A stretch of DNA of 64,000 nt from Hormiphora californensis (lineage: Eukaryota; Animalia; Ctenophora), in the NCBI GenBank assembly GCA_020137815.1, contig CM035351.1, positions 3,658,001 to 3,722,000 of the forward strand. Reading direction: 5' to 3'. The position numbers were made by a program, and so were the translations under genes. The notes under the pieces are model-generated. The model did no database searches. It was not told the origin of the DNA and saw only the letters and a list, made by a program, of their open reading frames with translations. Shown piece by piece: positions 46,212 through 60,784 of the stretch; the first letter of the stretch is position 1, and every line of letters begins with the position of its first letter.

Positions 46212-48674
46212 ATGAATATCATCGTTGTTGACGAGGATGAGATTCCAGATAAATCTACTCGACAGAAGGTACACTTCCTTAATCTGTTGTCCGGGTACTT
46301 TTTGTAAGTTTTATGGGCATGAGTTGAGTCTTATTGTATTGCTCAAACCTCTCTCCTCGTGCCAATTAAATGTTGACATGCTCCCAGGACCCAGCCTGAG
46401 TCCGTCGGGTCTCACACCGAGTCGAAAGCCCGGTGTGAGCTTACGCGAAGCCGAGGCGAATGGACAGTAGCATGGCCAATTAAATGTATTTGATCATCGT
46501 ATTTCTAAACATTCACACTTCCTGGTTCCCATCCCCAGGTCTTGGTGGCCATGTTGATTTTCTTCCTGCCCTTCATCGGTGGTCTATTGGTGAACATCTA
46601 TTTTAACTCTGCAGATGATGATGAAATATGGTACAACACCCTCATGGTAACAGAGTTCCACCCTCCCTTTTACATCTTTGGACCAGGTTAGTTCCAACCC
46701 CCCTCATGTTAATAACCAGGTCCACCCCTTGATTATAAAAGGGTACAGCTATGACCGTGGGAATTTTCACAACATCCAAATTCCAAGCGAGGCCGAGGGG
46801 CTTTTTAGCTTGGGTTTAACAATACTATAACTAATTCTTACTCCCTGATTGCAGTTTGGACTGTCCTACTGGTGCTAAATGGAGGAGCTGCATGGTTAGT
46901 GTGGGTCAAATCTGGCTTCGGACAGGCACCCCTAGCATTTGTAAGTTTAAAGGGATACTGACATATTCAAAATTGTTTGACTTTTTCAACGATCCTGGGT
47001 GTGGTAACTGGTTGGGAGATAAAAATAGGATTAGTCGAAGTGCGAACTCTCTACTCCCTCTCGTTCTCAAGATATAGGGCCCCACCTTTTATCACTTCGT
47101 AATTGGTTATGGTAAAGGGGGAGAGTTGTATTGCAAATTACATGTAAACACGAGTCTGTTTATCCGTCAATATCTCAACTTTCACATGCACGATTTTGAC
47201 CGGATTTTTTTCTGGAAATGAGAAATGTTTTAAATTTTTAGTATTTTCTTATGATGTATCAGAATGACCAAAAATATCAGTAAATAAACAAGTAAACATT
47301 GCAGTTTGAGGTGAACTGGAGTGCATTGTCAATTAAACCTAATTATAGTCAATTAGGGCACTTTGCCGACCTCTAAGGACTTGGAAAAGTTGTTCATGTG
47401 ATTCAGCGTATCAAAATTAGTATGTAAAGTGCCCTCATATGCGATCTTTCAGCATTTCCAGTTGAAAATGCAATTATCGCCAATTAGACTGAATTATGCT
47501 CAATTAGGACACTTTCTTCACATCTGATGGCTTGGAAAAGCCGCTTACGTGATTCAGCGTATCAAAATTAGTGGGGATAGTGCTCTCACATGAATTGAAA
47601 ATGTTTTCATGCGATAAGTTACAGTTACGATCAATTAGACCCAATTCAACGTATCAAAATTAGTCGGGTGTAGCGGTTTTGCCTTTTATACCAATTAGTT
47701 GGCTAAATTTTTCAGTTTATACTCTCCTAGGATACAATATTCATTTCAGGGTTGAATAGTTAATAACTATTGATTATGTTATTGACTAAGGGCTAAATAA
47801 TAACAAATTGTATGTAAAATTGAGGAAGTACAGCCAAGTCTGATTGACATTAGTTACTGAATACCATGATAATATTGTTCTAAGAAGGCATACATTTCAA
47901 AAACATCACGGTCTTGCTTAGTTATAGTTCTATCTATTCATGACAAGACTAGATACAAATGGAAATAAAAAATGGAAACTAGAAGTCGTCTTAATGTTTT
48001 TAGAAAAAACCCGGTCAAAATCGCATGTGTATTAGCTGAGATAATGACATATAAACAGGCTCGTGTTTACCTGTAATCTGTAATACTGGTCTCCTCCTCT
48101 TACCATAACCAATTAGGAGGTGCTAATATTCGGGTCCCTATATCTTGAGAAGTAGAGGGAGTAGAGAGCTCGGACTTCGACACAATGTATTTATTCTCTC
48201 AGATGATTTGATTGAGTAATTTTTTACTAAAATTTGAGATGGTCGATTTGAATATGTCAGTATCCCTTTAACCCTGTCTGGCGGCACCGACCCAATTTGA
48301 TCACACTATTGTGATGAGAATCAAAACGGGATCTGGTGGTGAATTATCAAAAAGAGCTATAAACTCGGCAAAAGAATACACCCATTTCGTACTATCTTTC
48401 CCAATTACACAAACAGTGCCCTAACACTAAATCTCTCTCTCAGGTGCTATATTATATCCAGATAATCCTAGCAATATGGTATGTCCCTCTCTTCTTCTCC
48501 TTTCACAAACTCCTCGGTTCTTTCCTGGTACTAGCCGCCCTTTGGGGAATGTTATGCGTTAAGTTGATCATGTTCTCCCGGATTTATTACTTTGCTGGAA
48601 TCCTGGTGGTACCCTATCTTATTTGGGTTACTTTCAACACCATTCTTAACTTCTCAATCTACCGACTCAACTGA
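46212..48674 (+). CDS. TSPO: Translocator protein TSPO/TspO-MBR family (exons 46212-46268, 46539-46686, 46855-46940, 48444-48674)
   Basis: WYNTLMVTEFHPPFYIFGPVWTVL, AAWLVW, VPLFFSFH, AGILVVPYLIWVTFNTILNFSIYRLN; splice phases consistent. Confidence 0.9.
46951..48267. mobile_element. Kolobok-like non-autonomous element in TSPO intron
   Basis: TTAA|AGGGATACTGACATATTCAAA...TTTGAATATGTCAGTATCCCT|TTAA with long imperfect inverted arms. Confidence 0.88.
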
Positions 48675-48776
48675 GGAAGAATGGAAATACTTTGATTTAT
48701 ATAGAACAACTCATCAGATTGAAATAAAAACAGGATTTCTCTACAATTGATGATTCCATTACTCGTATATACTTAT

Positions 48777-48885
<109 letters not shown>

Positions 48886-49091
48886 GTAAGGATATGTGTA
48901 TAATCAATAGCGTCTCATGATGCCCATAAGGTAAAAAGTGTGTGACTGTGTATAAGAGAAGAGCGCTATATAAAAATATAGGAACGTATTTTTAAACCCT
49001 GCAAAGTGTGTCTATCTCAATATATTTATTGTCGAAAAAAAAGAGTTTTAAACTGAGTAAATCTAAAAAAAGTATATCAGGTTGTGGTCTC

Positions 49092-51550
<2,459 letters not shown>

Positions 51551-51963
51551 CGTCCTTTCTGATCATCCCCTGCTGTACTGTACCTCACTATATCACAGTA
51601 TCACATTGTCCTCCGTTCCATTATAGCATTAGCTAGAAACAGTAGTAGTTAGCAACATCAACAAAGAAAAAGGGGATTAAATATCTGAAGTTATAAGTTG
51701 TTAACTTGAGTCGCTTGACACTGTGTCCGTGCTCCCAATAAAAAGAAAGTATGAACAATTCAATTGTTAACAGCCAAATTTTTAGTAGGATAACAATTCA
51801 CATATTTTCACTTGTGTGGTATGTGTAACAATTTCATGGCATCCTTAACTAAACACACACACACACGGGAAATAGATATTATGTAAACTTAGAATAAGGA
51901 CACGTGTCGGATTTAGGGAAGCAGATTGAGCATATTCCGTTGAAGAGGAGAGAGAGAACGGGA

Positions 51964-52066
<103 letters not shown>

Positions 52067-53934
52067 GGAGAGAGAGAGAGAGAGAGAGAGATAGAGAGAG
52101 AGAGGGGAGAACGGGCGAAGAGAGAGAAGGGGGAAGGGCGAGGTAAAGCGGGTGAGATAGGAAAAGATCTTACCGAAGAGAATAGAAAAATCGAAGTGTA
52201 CTTGTTGTTATGTTGTTGTATTGTGGGAAATCGATTCATGAATGATGACGTATTTATCATAATTGTAACAGACACAACCTTGTTTTGTTCATTCTACAGA
52301 AGCGACACGAGACAGTGTGAACAAACAGACATACAGACATACAAACAGCCCAAGAACTGAGTCTTTTTGTTCACAAAACATCGAATCTGCTGTAATGACC
52401 GTGTAGTGGTTGATAACTTGAGAAGAATGGAGGCTAGGGGACAAGGTTTGATGAGTTGAGATGAGAGAAAGAATAAAAGAGATGTCAATGTATATAAAAT
52501 GTGACACCAGATGAAATACATTGATCCAAGATATAAAAGAAGGAACCAGCCATATATACCCAGGATGAAGGAGGGTTGGTGAAGTAGAATAGGGGAGGGT
52601 TAGAGTAGGGCGGAGGGCCCATGGGCAAAGGTGAATAGAGAGGTTCAATATAGGAGGCCAGACTACCGAAACTGTGTTGTGACACACACTGGATTGCGAC
52701 GCACATTATGCACGTCTCAGCATATAACATTTGGAGGGCCTCCACAAGCTTGAGAAATGTTACCGTTCATATGCATTCGAGAAGATTTCAAATCTTCAAA
52801 ATAGTTATACTAATCATGTCAAGACATCCACATAAACAAACGCTTCAGCCTCTCTGAACTTATCCGGTTTAACAAATAAAGTCCGTGCCCCGGCTCTAAG
52901 CATAGTCAAACAAAGAGTTTCCATGAACACACGAGTACCCCCTGGTTGGTGGTCGATCAGACTATCAGTAATGCCTCTGAAGTGCCCTCAGAGACGATTT
53001 AAATGTCAAACTTTCTAAATTCCTGATTTAAGGAGAATATGAATATGAATATGAACTTCACAATTTATATCAAGTCAATATAAGAAAATATATGACTCTC
53101 CCGCTCTTACACTATACGTATAAAATATAGTTAAAAATTAAGTACATTAATATACGCTTCTAGGCCGAGGCTAATAGCACAACAGCAGTTACCTAAAGCG
53201 GGACAAACACACACAGACGAACCAATGAGACGGGTAACAATGAGCTGAGAGCTAAACGGACAGATAGATTTAACCAGGTTTAATAAATTACTAAAATCGA
53301 AAAGAAAAAGGCGAATAAGTTAGTTAAAAATACGGTAGTTACAAAACACCACCACACATACACACACACACACCGACACACACACACACACACCGACAAA
53401 CACACAGAACTCACACTCAAACTCACACTCACACTCACACTTATACCCCAACACCCAAAAAATAAAGACATACACAAAACACAAATAAGTTAAGTTAAAT
53501 AAGTTAATTAAAAAATGGTCATCTCACAAGAGAACACAAAGGTGCACACACAAACGGACACAGCACACCTAGACTACTTGGAAACAGTAAATCATGTTCA
53601 GCACACACATAATCGTTTACATAAAAATCGTTTACATAAAAATAGTAAGATTGTCATTGATAAACACATACTTATCATCACTTTCGAAGTGTTCATTTAC
53701 AGTCTGCAGGAATAACTGCACTTTCAGCCGTTTTCGTAACGGTACACGTTTCTTGTAACTGTTTTCTCCTGGCCCATACTCGGCCAATTCTCGACTACCC
53801 TCAGACTCTACTCCACATCTCAGTTGCCAAGATCCTACTAACCCATACACCCACCACACACAAACGAACAAGAATACGCACTCAAAAAACCCTAGCTCTG
53901 AACAATATGTGGAGGACGTCTCTCCTAACTCGGG

Positions 53935-56160
53935 ATGGTGGTGAAGTAGGACGGATGGTGGAGGATAGGAGTGATGGTACTGTCTAGGACAGCTGATAGA
54001 GGATAGGAACAGGATGATGGAGGATAGGATGGATGGTGAAGGATGGATGGTGGAGGATAGGAAGGATGGTGGGGGATTGGACGGATGGTGGGGGATTGGA
54101 CGGATGATGGAGGATGGGAGAGATGGTGGAGGATAGGACGGGTGGTGGAAAGTTTGACGAAAGATGGACACGGTGCACCAGAAGGATCGTCAACCCAAAG
54201 TTGAGCCCACAAAACAAACTTTTGTTGGGGGTGACCCAGGAGGCCTTCCTGAACATCCCCACGGTGAGAAAAGTATATGTTATCGGGGGAAATTTTTGTT
54301 AAAATCGAAAAAACTGGTTTTTGGTCCAAATTTGTGCATAGCTTACTTGACTGCCGTTTGATGAAATATCTGATTGACATAAAATAAGTATACAAGACCT
54401 ATTTTTGCACGAGGAATCGATTGCCGGTGGAGAGAAATCTCTAAAATGACCGGAAAATTGTCAAATATGGGAATTTTGTCATTTTTTTGAGGTTTTTGGC
54501 CCTTTAACCATTGAAAACGTTGAGATAGGAAGTTGGCAATAGCGTCAATCGTTAAAATGGTCATTTTTCTACGGGACCCCAAAATTTCATGTATATCCGA
54601 TTCATTGTTAGATTTTGGCAAACTATTGAGATGTGCTTACTGAAAAAATGATAACTTGATTTTCTCGTTTTTTGCGATTTTTTAACTTTTGACAGAATTC
54701 TGATTGAAATGGCCAATCAGGGCCATGCTAAAGTTGTTTATGGGACAATTTTCGACCAAAATCCAAGATTTCATGCAAATCCAATGACAGATCATTGATT
54801 TATAGAAAGTTGAAAAAGGCAAAAAAGGCCAATTTTTACCATGAAAACAAAAATACACATTTTTTCTTGTCAATTTCCATCAACAACTGGTACCCTACCT
54901 ATTTTTGTACGTAGAATCGATTGCCGGTGGAGATGATCCTCTCAAATGATTGGAAAGCGGTCGAAATGCCATTTTTTGGAGGTTTTTGGGCCTAAGGTGA
55001 GCAGGGCTATTTTATACAAAAAATGGCATTTTGACCGTTTTCCAATGATTTAAGGGGCTCCACTCCACCGGCAATCGATTTTACGTGCAAAAATAGCTTG
55101 GGTACCAGTTGCTGATGGAAATAGACGGGAAAAAATGTGAATTTTTATTTTCATGGTAAAAATTGGCCTTTTTTGCCTTTTTCAATTTTCTATAAATCAA
55201 TGATCTGTCATTGGATTTGCATGAAATCTTGGATTTTGGTCGAAAATTGTCCCATAAACAACTTTAGCATGGCCCTGATTGGCCATTTCAATCAGAATTC
55301 TGTCAAAAGTTAAAAAATCGCAAAAAACGAGAAAATCAAGTTATCATTTTTTCAGTAAGCACATCTCAATAGTTTGCCAAAATCTAACAATGAATCGGAT
55401 ATACATGAAATTTTGGGGTCCCGTAGAAAAATGACCATTTTAACGATTGACGCTATTGCCAACTTCCTATCTCAACGTTTTCAATGGTTAAAGGGCCAAA
55501 AACCTCAAAAAAATGACAAAATTCCCATATTTGACAATTTTCCGGTCATTTTAGAGATTTCTCTCCACCGGCAATCGATTCCTCGTGCAAAAATAGGTCT
55601 TGTATACTTATTTTATGTCAATCAGATATTTCATCAAACGGCAGTCAAGTAAGCTATGCACAAATTTGGACCAAAAACCAGTTTTTTCGATTTTAACAAA
55701 AATTTCCCCCGATAACATATACTTTTCTCACCGTGGGGATGTTCAGGAAGGCCTCCTGGGTCACCCCCAACAAAAGTTTGTTTTGTGGGCTCAACTTTGG
55801 GTTGACGATCCTTCTGGTGCACCGTGTGGAGGATAGGACGGATGGTCGAGGATAGGACGAATGGTGAAAGGATGCGACAGATGGTGGTGGAGGATATTCC
55901 AGATCATGGTGGATGATAGGACGAATGGTGGAGGATAGGACGGATGGTGAAGGATAGGATGGATAGGATGGTGGAGGATAGAGCATATAGCATATGGTGG
56001 AGGATAGGACGAATGGTGGAGGATAGGACGAATGGTGGGGGATAGGACGGATGGTGGAGGAAAGGACGGATGGTGGAGGATAGGACAGATGGTGGAGGAT
56101 AGGACGAAAAGTGGAGGATAGGATGGATGGTGGAGGATATGATAGTGGTTGAGGATAGAA
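53935..56160. repeat. Degenerate about 19-bp minisatellite GGATGGTGGAGGATAGGAC, interrupted by the Chapaev-like element
   Basis: The same unit occurs on both sides of 54169-55826. Confidence 0.85.
54169..55826. mobile_element. Chapaev-like (CMC superfamily) non-autonomous foldback element
   Basis: TGGA|CACGG...CCGTG|TGGA (4-bp TSD, CACGG termini); about 680-bp nearly identical inverted arms, which explains the mirrored ORFs in the track. Confidence 0.9.
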
Positions 56161-56269
56161 TCTATGAAAGGATTCAGAGGTCAGGATTCAGGAGGTCAGA
56201 GGAAATCGAAAGATCATTCAGGTTACGATCATACTAGGTATTGTATGTATGATATCATAGGAACGGAAG

Positions 56270-59215
56270 TTAGCCATAGGCAATGTTGAACAGGTGAGTC
56301 TTCAGTGATTTCTTGAATGTTGCTACAGACTCTGATTTCCTGATTAATTTTGGAAGTCTGTTCCAGAGTTTAGGTGCAGCAATGCTAAATGCTTTCTCGG
56401 TAACCTTGTACTTGCAGTGGTACTCCTCTAATCTTGTGTCATCGTCATCTACTCTGAGTTTCTTGGACTTCGCCTGCCTCTTCTGGATCATCTCAGTGAT
56501 GTAGCATGGAGATTTACCATTAAGTGCATTGTATACCATTAGGCACATTTTGTACTTGATGCGTTGGTTGATTGGAAGGAAGTGGGATTTCTTTCTCAAT
56601 TCGGTTACACCTCTTCTGCTGCGCTGACCGTATATAAATCGTGTGGCCGCGTTTTGGAGTACTTGGAGACGTTTTATATCGGATTCCTTCGAACCAAGGA
56701 GTAGGGCATTACAGTAATCGATCCTGGAGTGTATCAGGGTGTTGACAAGAAGAGTCTTCTGGTTCTTGTTTAGCTTACTAGCTATCCTCCACATGTTTAC
56801 CAACTGTAGATTGCCCATCTGGACTATCCGTGTTACATGCTTGGTCATGTTTAGCTCTTTATCAAATATTACTCCCAGGTTCTTGGCTACTTCAGTTACA
56901 ACTGTATCCTCATCTTCTGTTATGGCGACTGTATCAGGAGCTTCCGATTTATCCCATTTGTTGTTAAGTATCATGACCTCCGTCTTGTTAGGATTCAACT
57001 TGAGAAGATTTTGAGCCATCCATAGTCTAATATGAGCAACACATTTTTGTACCTGGCTCATAGCTGAAATTAGGTTTTCAGGCACAAAAGATATAGAGAG
57101 CTGTGTATCATCTGCGTACATATGTATCTTTAGATTGTATAGCTGAGCAATCTTCTCCAGGTCACGGGTGTAGAGTATGAAGAGAAGGGGCCCCAATATC
57201 GATCCTTGAGGGACTCCGATTTTGATGGTCGTGGTAGCAGATTCGTTCGGTCCGATCTTCACTATCGCAGTTCTATCATTCAAATAAGACTCTATCCATT
57301 TGAGAACTCTGCCAGTGATTCCATAGTCTTGCTGTAGACGTTGAATGAGCTTAGAGTGAGATATAGTATCAAAAGCTGCCGATAGATCGAGCAGCACAAG
57401 GATCACTTTTGTTTTCTTGTCCATCTGTATTAGAGTGTCGTTTACGATCTTCAAAGTTGCAGTCTCACAGCTATGGTGTGAGCGATACGCAGACTGAACC
57501 TTGCTAAAAAGTCCATTGCTCTCAATGTGCTCAGTGAGTTGATCGGCAACACATTTTTCTAGGATCTTGGACACAAAGGAGAGATTAGAGATCGGTCTGT
57601 AGCTACTGAGCTCGTCTGGGTCCAGTTCTTTGTTTTTCAAGAAGGGCCGGATAACAGCGGATTTTAAGTTGGCTGGAACCACTCCGTCCGATAGACTACC
57701 GTTCACAATCTTAGAGATAATGGGGACGAGTTCTGTCAGAGAACCACCTACCATGGTGGATGGAATAGGGTCGAGAGGACAGTGTTTCTTGTTCATGCTC
57801 CGAACAGTTGATACAAGTTCGGCGTCAGACACTGTCCTAAACTTGGAGAGTACCGGGCAGTTATGAGCAGATAGTTCATGGGGAATAGTTGGCAGATCAG
57901 CTGAGTAAGCAGGGTCCTCTTTAATTGTCTCATAAATCTTCTCGATCTTGGATTTAAAGTAGTCCATCATCTTGTCTGGAAGCTTCTCAGGCTCATCTGT
58001 GGTTGGTAACTGCTTTGGAACTTTCTCTTTGCCAAGAAGATAGTTAAGGATCTGATAGATAGCAGCAGGATTACCTTCAGCGGCTTCAAGGCGTATTTGG
58101 AAGAACATTCTTCTGGCTCGAGTGAAAACAAGCTTTGCAGCACGGATTTCAGTGATAAACTCCTTCTCTGCATCTAGCACTTTGTCGTGGGGGACGGGTT
58201 TGCCCTTGTTTTTCTTTTGTAGGGCTTGTTTAAGGGTTTTCCTGTATCTTCGCTCAGCCTTCCTTCGCCTTCTAAGGGCATTGTAGCACTCTTGGTTAAA
58301 CCACTGTGGTTTGCTGGAGAGTTTGATGTCTTTATCCTCAATCGGTGCCACTTCATCTAGTATCTGTACAAGAGTAGTGTTATAGAGTTCAACACATTCC
58401 TCAACGGTCTTTGGAAGAGGTTGTTTACAGAGTTTAGATTGGAGTATGTAGGTTTTCAGGGTTTCAATCGATAGTTTCTTCAATGATCGTCCAGTAACTT
58501 TCTTAGAGATTAGCTTCCTGTTCGCTGACCCACAATGTAGATGAAAGTCAACGAGAAAGTGGTCTGGAGCCTCGGGGGTCGGGATAACATTCACAGAGCT
58601 TACAATAGGGACATCCTTCGTCAAAACAAGGTCCAGGGTTCCTCCTAGGATATGGGTGGGTCCTTGAACATGCTGGATCCATCCATGGTCTTCCAAGGTT
58701 TGCAGGAAACCGTTTGCAAGAGTGCATGTAGGCTTTTCGATGTGTATATTGAAATCCCCGGTTATCATCAAATGGCCAGACTTCGAAGAGAAAGAGGACA
58801 AGAAAGCTTCAAAATCGTCCAGAAACTGTATCTGCTTAGGTTGGTTTGGAGGGCGGTAGATTACTGCTATTCTTGTGAGATCAATACCTGGACCGTAAAT
58901 AGTGGCTTCAAGAAGCTCAAAGGTTAGGAACTTTTTCTTCGGTTTATATTTCTTTACATTGATTCCATCCCTATAAATGAGTGCCACGCCCCCACCTCTG
59001 CTACCTCTAGCCACATTGAGTAAATTGAAGTTCAGCTCAGCGATTTCTCTTGAGAGGGCTTCATCATTAGGGGATAACCAGGACTCAGTAATGCATAGTA
59101 CATCTAGTTCCTGTTCGGCGGCTAGAATTAGTACTTCTTCAGTTTTGTTTCGCAGTGAGCAGCAATTAAGATTACCGATGCGAAGATAAGGGACATTGAG
59201 CAGATCTAGTTTTTT
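56270..59215 (-). CDS. LINE ORF2: AP endonuclease + reverse transcriptase (no upstream AUG)
   Basis: GNLNCCSL, CITESWL, RGGGVAL, IYRPP, GDFN, TLDL, DH; YRPISNL, DLSAAFD, GVPQGSILGP, YADD. Confidence 0.96.
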   Translation of the reverse strand, partial: KKLDLLNVPYLRIGNLNCCSLRNKTEEVLILAAEQELDVLCITESWLSPNDEALSREIAELNFNLLNVARGSRGGGVALIYRDGINVKKYKPKKKFLTFELLEATIYGPGIDLTRIAVIYRPPNQPKQIQFLDDFEAFLSSFSSKSGHLMITGDFNIHIEKPTCTLANGFLQTLEDHGWIQHVQGPTHILGGTLDLVLTKDVPIVSSVNVIPTPEAPDHFLVDFHLHCGSANRKLISKKVTGRSLKKLSIETLKTYILQSKLCKQPLPKTVEECVELYNTTLVQILDEVAPIEDKDIKLSSKPQWFNQECYNALRRRRKAERRYRKTLKQALQKKNKGKPVPHDKVLDAEKEFITEIRAAKLVFTRARRMFFQIRLEAAEGNPAAIYQILNYLLGKEKVPKQLPTTDEPEKLPDKMMDYFKSKIEKIYETIKEDPAYSADLPTIPHELSAHNCPVLSKFRTVSDAELVSTVRSMNKKHCPLDPIPSTMVGGSLTELVPIISKIVNGSLSDGVVPANLKSAVIRPFLKNKELDPDELSSYRPISNLSFVSKILEKCVADQLTEHIESNGLFSKVQSAYRSHHSCETATLKIVNDTLIQMDKKTKVILVLLDLSAAFDTISHSKLIQRLQQDYGITGRVLKWIESYLNDRTAIVKIGPNESATTTIKIGVPQGSILGPLLFILYTRDLEKIAQLYNLKIHMYADDTQLSISFVPENLISAMSQVQKCVAHIRLWMAQNLLKLNPNKTEVMILNNKWDKSEAPDTVAITEDEDTVVTEVAKNLGVIFDKELNMTKHVTRIVQMGNLQLVNMWRIASKLNKNQKTLLVNTLIHSRIDYCNALLLGSKESDIKRLQVLQNAATRFIYGQRSRRGVTELRKKSHFLPINQRIKYKMCLMVYNALNGKSPCYITEMIQKRQAKSKKLRVDDDDTRLEEYHCKYKVTEKAFSIAAPKLWNRLPKLIRKSESVATFKKSLKTHLFNIAYG

Positions 59216-60660
59216 GAATGTAACTGCTGCAACTGTTGGCGGACAGGGCACAATCTATCTCCACTGTGGTGACGGCTGGCCTCGGATTTGAATGTATCAG
59301 AACTACTGCAGTTAATACAAAACAGTTTTTTCCTATCGGTACAATCCTTGACATCGTGATTATCTCCACAAAGTTTGCAAACTAGTACTGAGCTGGTGCA
59401 CTCAGTGGTCCTGTGGTTGAAACGGTGGCATTTAATACACTGTGGAATGTGGAAACGTTCCACAACATTAAGTCGGGATGTTGCATAGTATATTTTACCG
59501 GCGTCAAGGAGACGCTGTTGTGCGGGAATCGGTAGACGCAGGCCAATGGTACATTTATCCTTATTCCGGTAGTGACTTTTGATGTACACGATGGTTACCT
59601 CTTCAGTCTTGAGCCATGGGTTTTTGAGTTGGAGCATGGTTAGCACTTTATCCTTAGCTTGGTCGTTTGACAAGGATTCGATGTTTTCAGGTACATTCAG
59701 TATAGTCACTTTAGCAGTGGAGGATAGAGTGGTAACTGTTGCATCTTTAGGTATCGCCTCTGTGACTAGCTGTATTACTGCATCAATGTTAGTTGATTCA
59801 GGGAATCCAATCTTGATCTCTGCAGCATTTTTTGTGTCAAGGAACAGCATAGGTGTCTCGGCAAGGCAGTCACTTACAGACTTGGCTGTTTTACTGGAGT
59901 CGTTAACACCGCAAGAAATAAGCAGCTTATGCACTCTCTCACGGGGTTGTGATTGGGTGGGGGTTTGTTGCTGGGTTTGTTTAGTTCTAGCCTGGGGATG
60001 GGCTTGGGGTTGTGGAGCTGCGGCAGTTGAATCAATTGCACTTGTGGCAGGTGTATTGATGTTCAAAGCATCCGAGTAGTTTGCTCTGTTACATTGGGGA
60101 GTAGCAATGTCTGTAGGCGCGTTTTCAGCTCGAGTGTGTTGCTGGGTGACGGTTTTAGTAGGAGCAGTTGCAGTAGAGGCGAAGATGCGGGCAGCGTTTT
60201 CAGCTATTTTATTGAATAATGCGCTGTCGGGTTGCATCAGTTGGGCGAAAACTAGACAAACAGGGCAAGACCAACCAGGGGCGTTATAAACACCATCGGT
60301 AATAGGGATGGACCCTTTTGCAATAGAGAGGAAATTAAGGCCAACACAGTCTGCATGATAGTGAGTATTGCAGGAATAGCAGTGTACGAGACCAGAGCTG
60401 CCGGGTTCAGTAGGGTTTTTGCCACATAGGCATTTCCTTGACGCCGAGGTGAGTATATGAGGCGTTTGGGTTGGGTCGCTCATGATGGTGGGAACGGGAC
60501 TTGGGGTGGAGAATAGTCCGGGTGTAGTCCCAGGGTTACACTGGGGGTCGATGTTTTTACGTACCGGTGTTGTAGTGAAACTGACCTCGGAGAATTCTTT
60601 ACCGTTCCGTAGTCCTCTCGTCAGCTCAGGAGTGGGACTGCTTCTTTGGCCGTCCATCAT
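59206..60660 (-). CDS. LINE ORF1 with PHD finger and C-terminal CCHC zinc knuckles
   Basis: CLC..CYSC..YHADCV..WSCPVC (PHD); CIKCHRFNHRTTEC, CKLCGDNHDVKDC, CINC..H..C; first ATG at 60660. Confidence 0.92.
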   Translation of the reverse strand: MMDGQRSSPTPELTRGLRNGKEFSEVSFTTTPVRKNIDPQCNPGTTPGLFSTPSPVPTIMSDPTQTPHILTSASRKCLCGKNPTEPGSSGLVHCYSCNTHYHADCVGLNFLSIAKGSIPITDGVYNAPGWSCPVCLVFAQLMQPDSALFNKIAENAARIFASTATAPTKTVTQQHTRAENAPTDIATPQCNRANYSDALNINTPATSAIDSTAAAPQPQAHPQARTKQTQQQTPTQSQPRERVHKLLISCGVNDSSKTAKSVSDCLAETPMLFLDTKNAAEIKIGFPESTNIDAVIQLVTEAIPKDATVTTLSSTAKVTILNVPENIESLSNDQAKDKVLTMLQLKNPWLKTEEVTIVYIKSHYRNKDKCTIGLRLPIPAQQRLLDAGKIYYATSRLNVVERFHIPQCIKCHRFNHRTTECTSSVLVCKLCGDNHDVKDCTDRKKLFCINCSSSDTFKSEASRHHSGDRLCPVRQQLQQLHSKN

Positions 60661-60784
60661 CTTCACGACTATCGATGTCGACTTACAGAGACTATCAATA
60701 TCGGGTCTCTCGTCAGATAGGTTGGCTTATGTTACGGGTTCGTCACCTCCCCCGTAACTTTATTTGCTAGATGCCATCACCTAT

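Noticed and set aside
54343-55836. Identical ORF pairs on opposite strands
   Set aside because: A by-product of the foldback arms; no transposase motifs.
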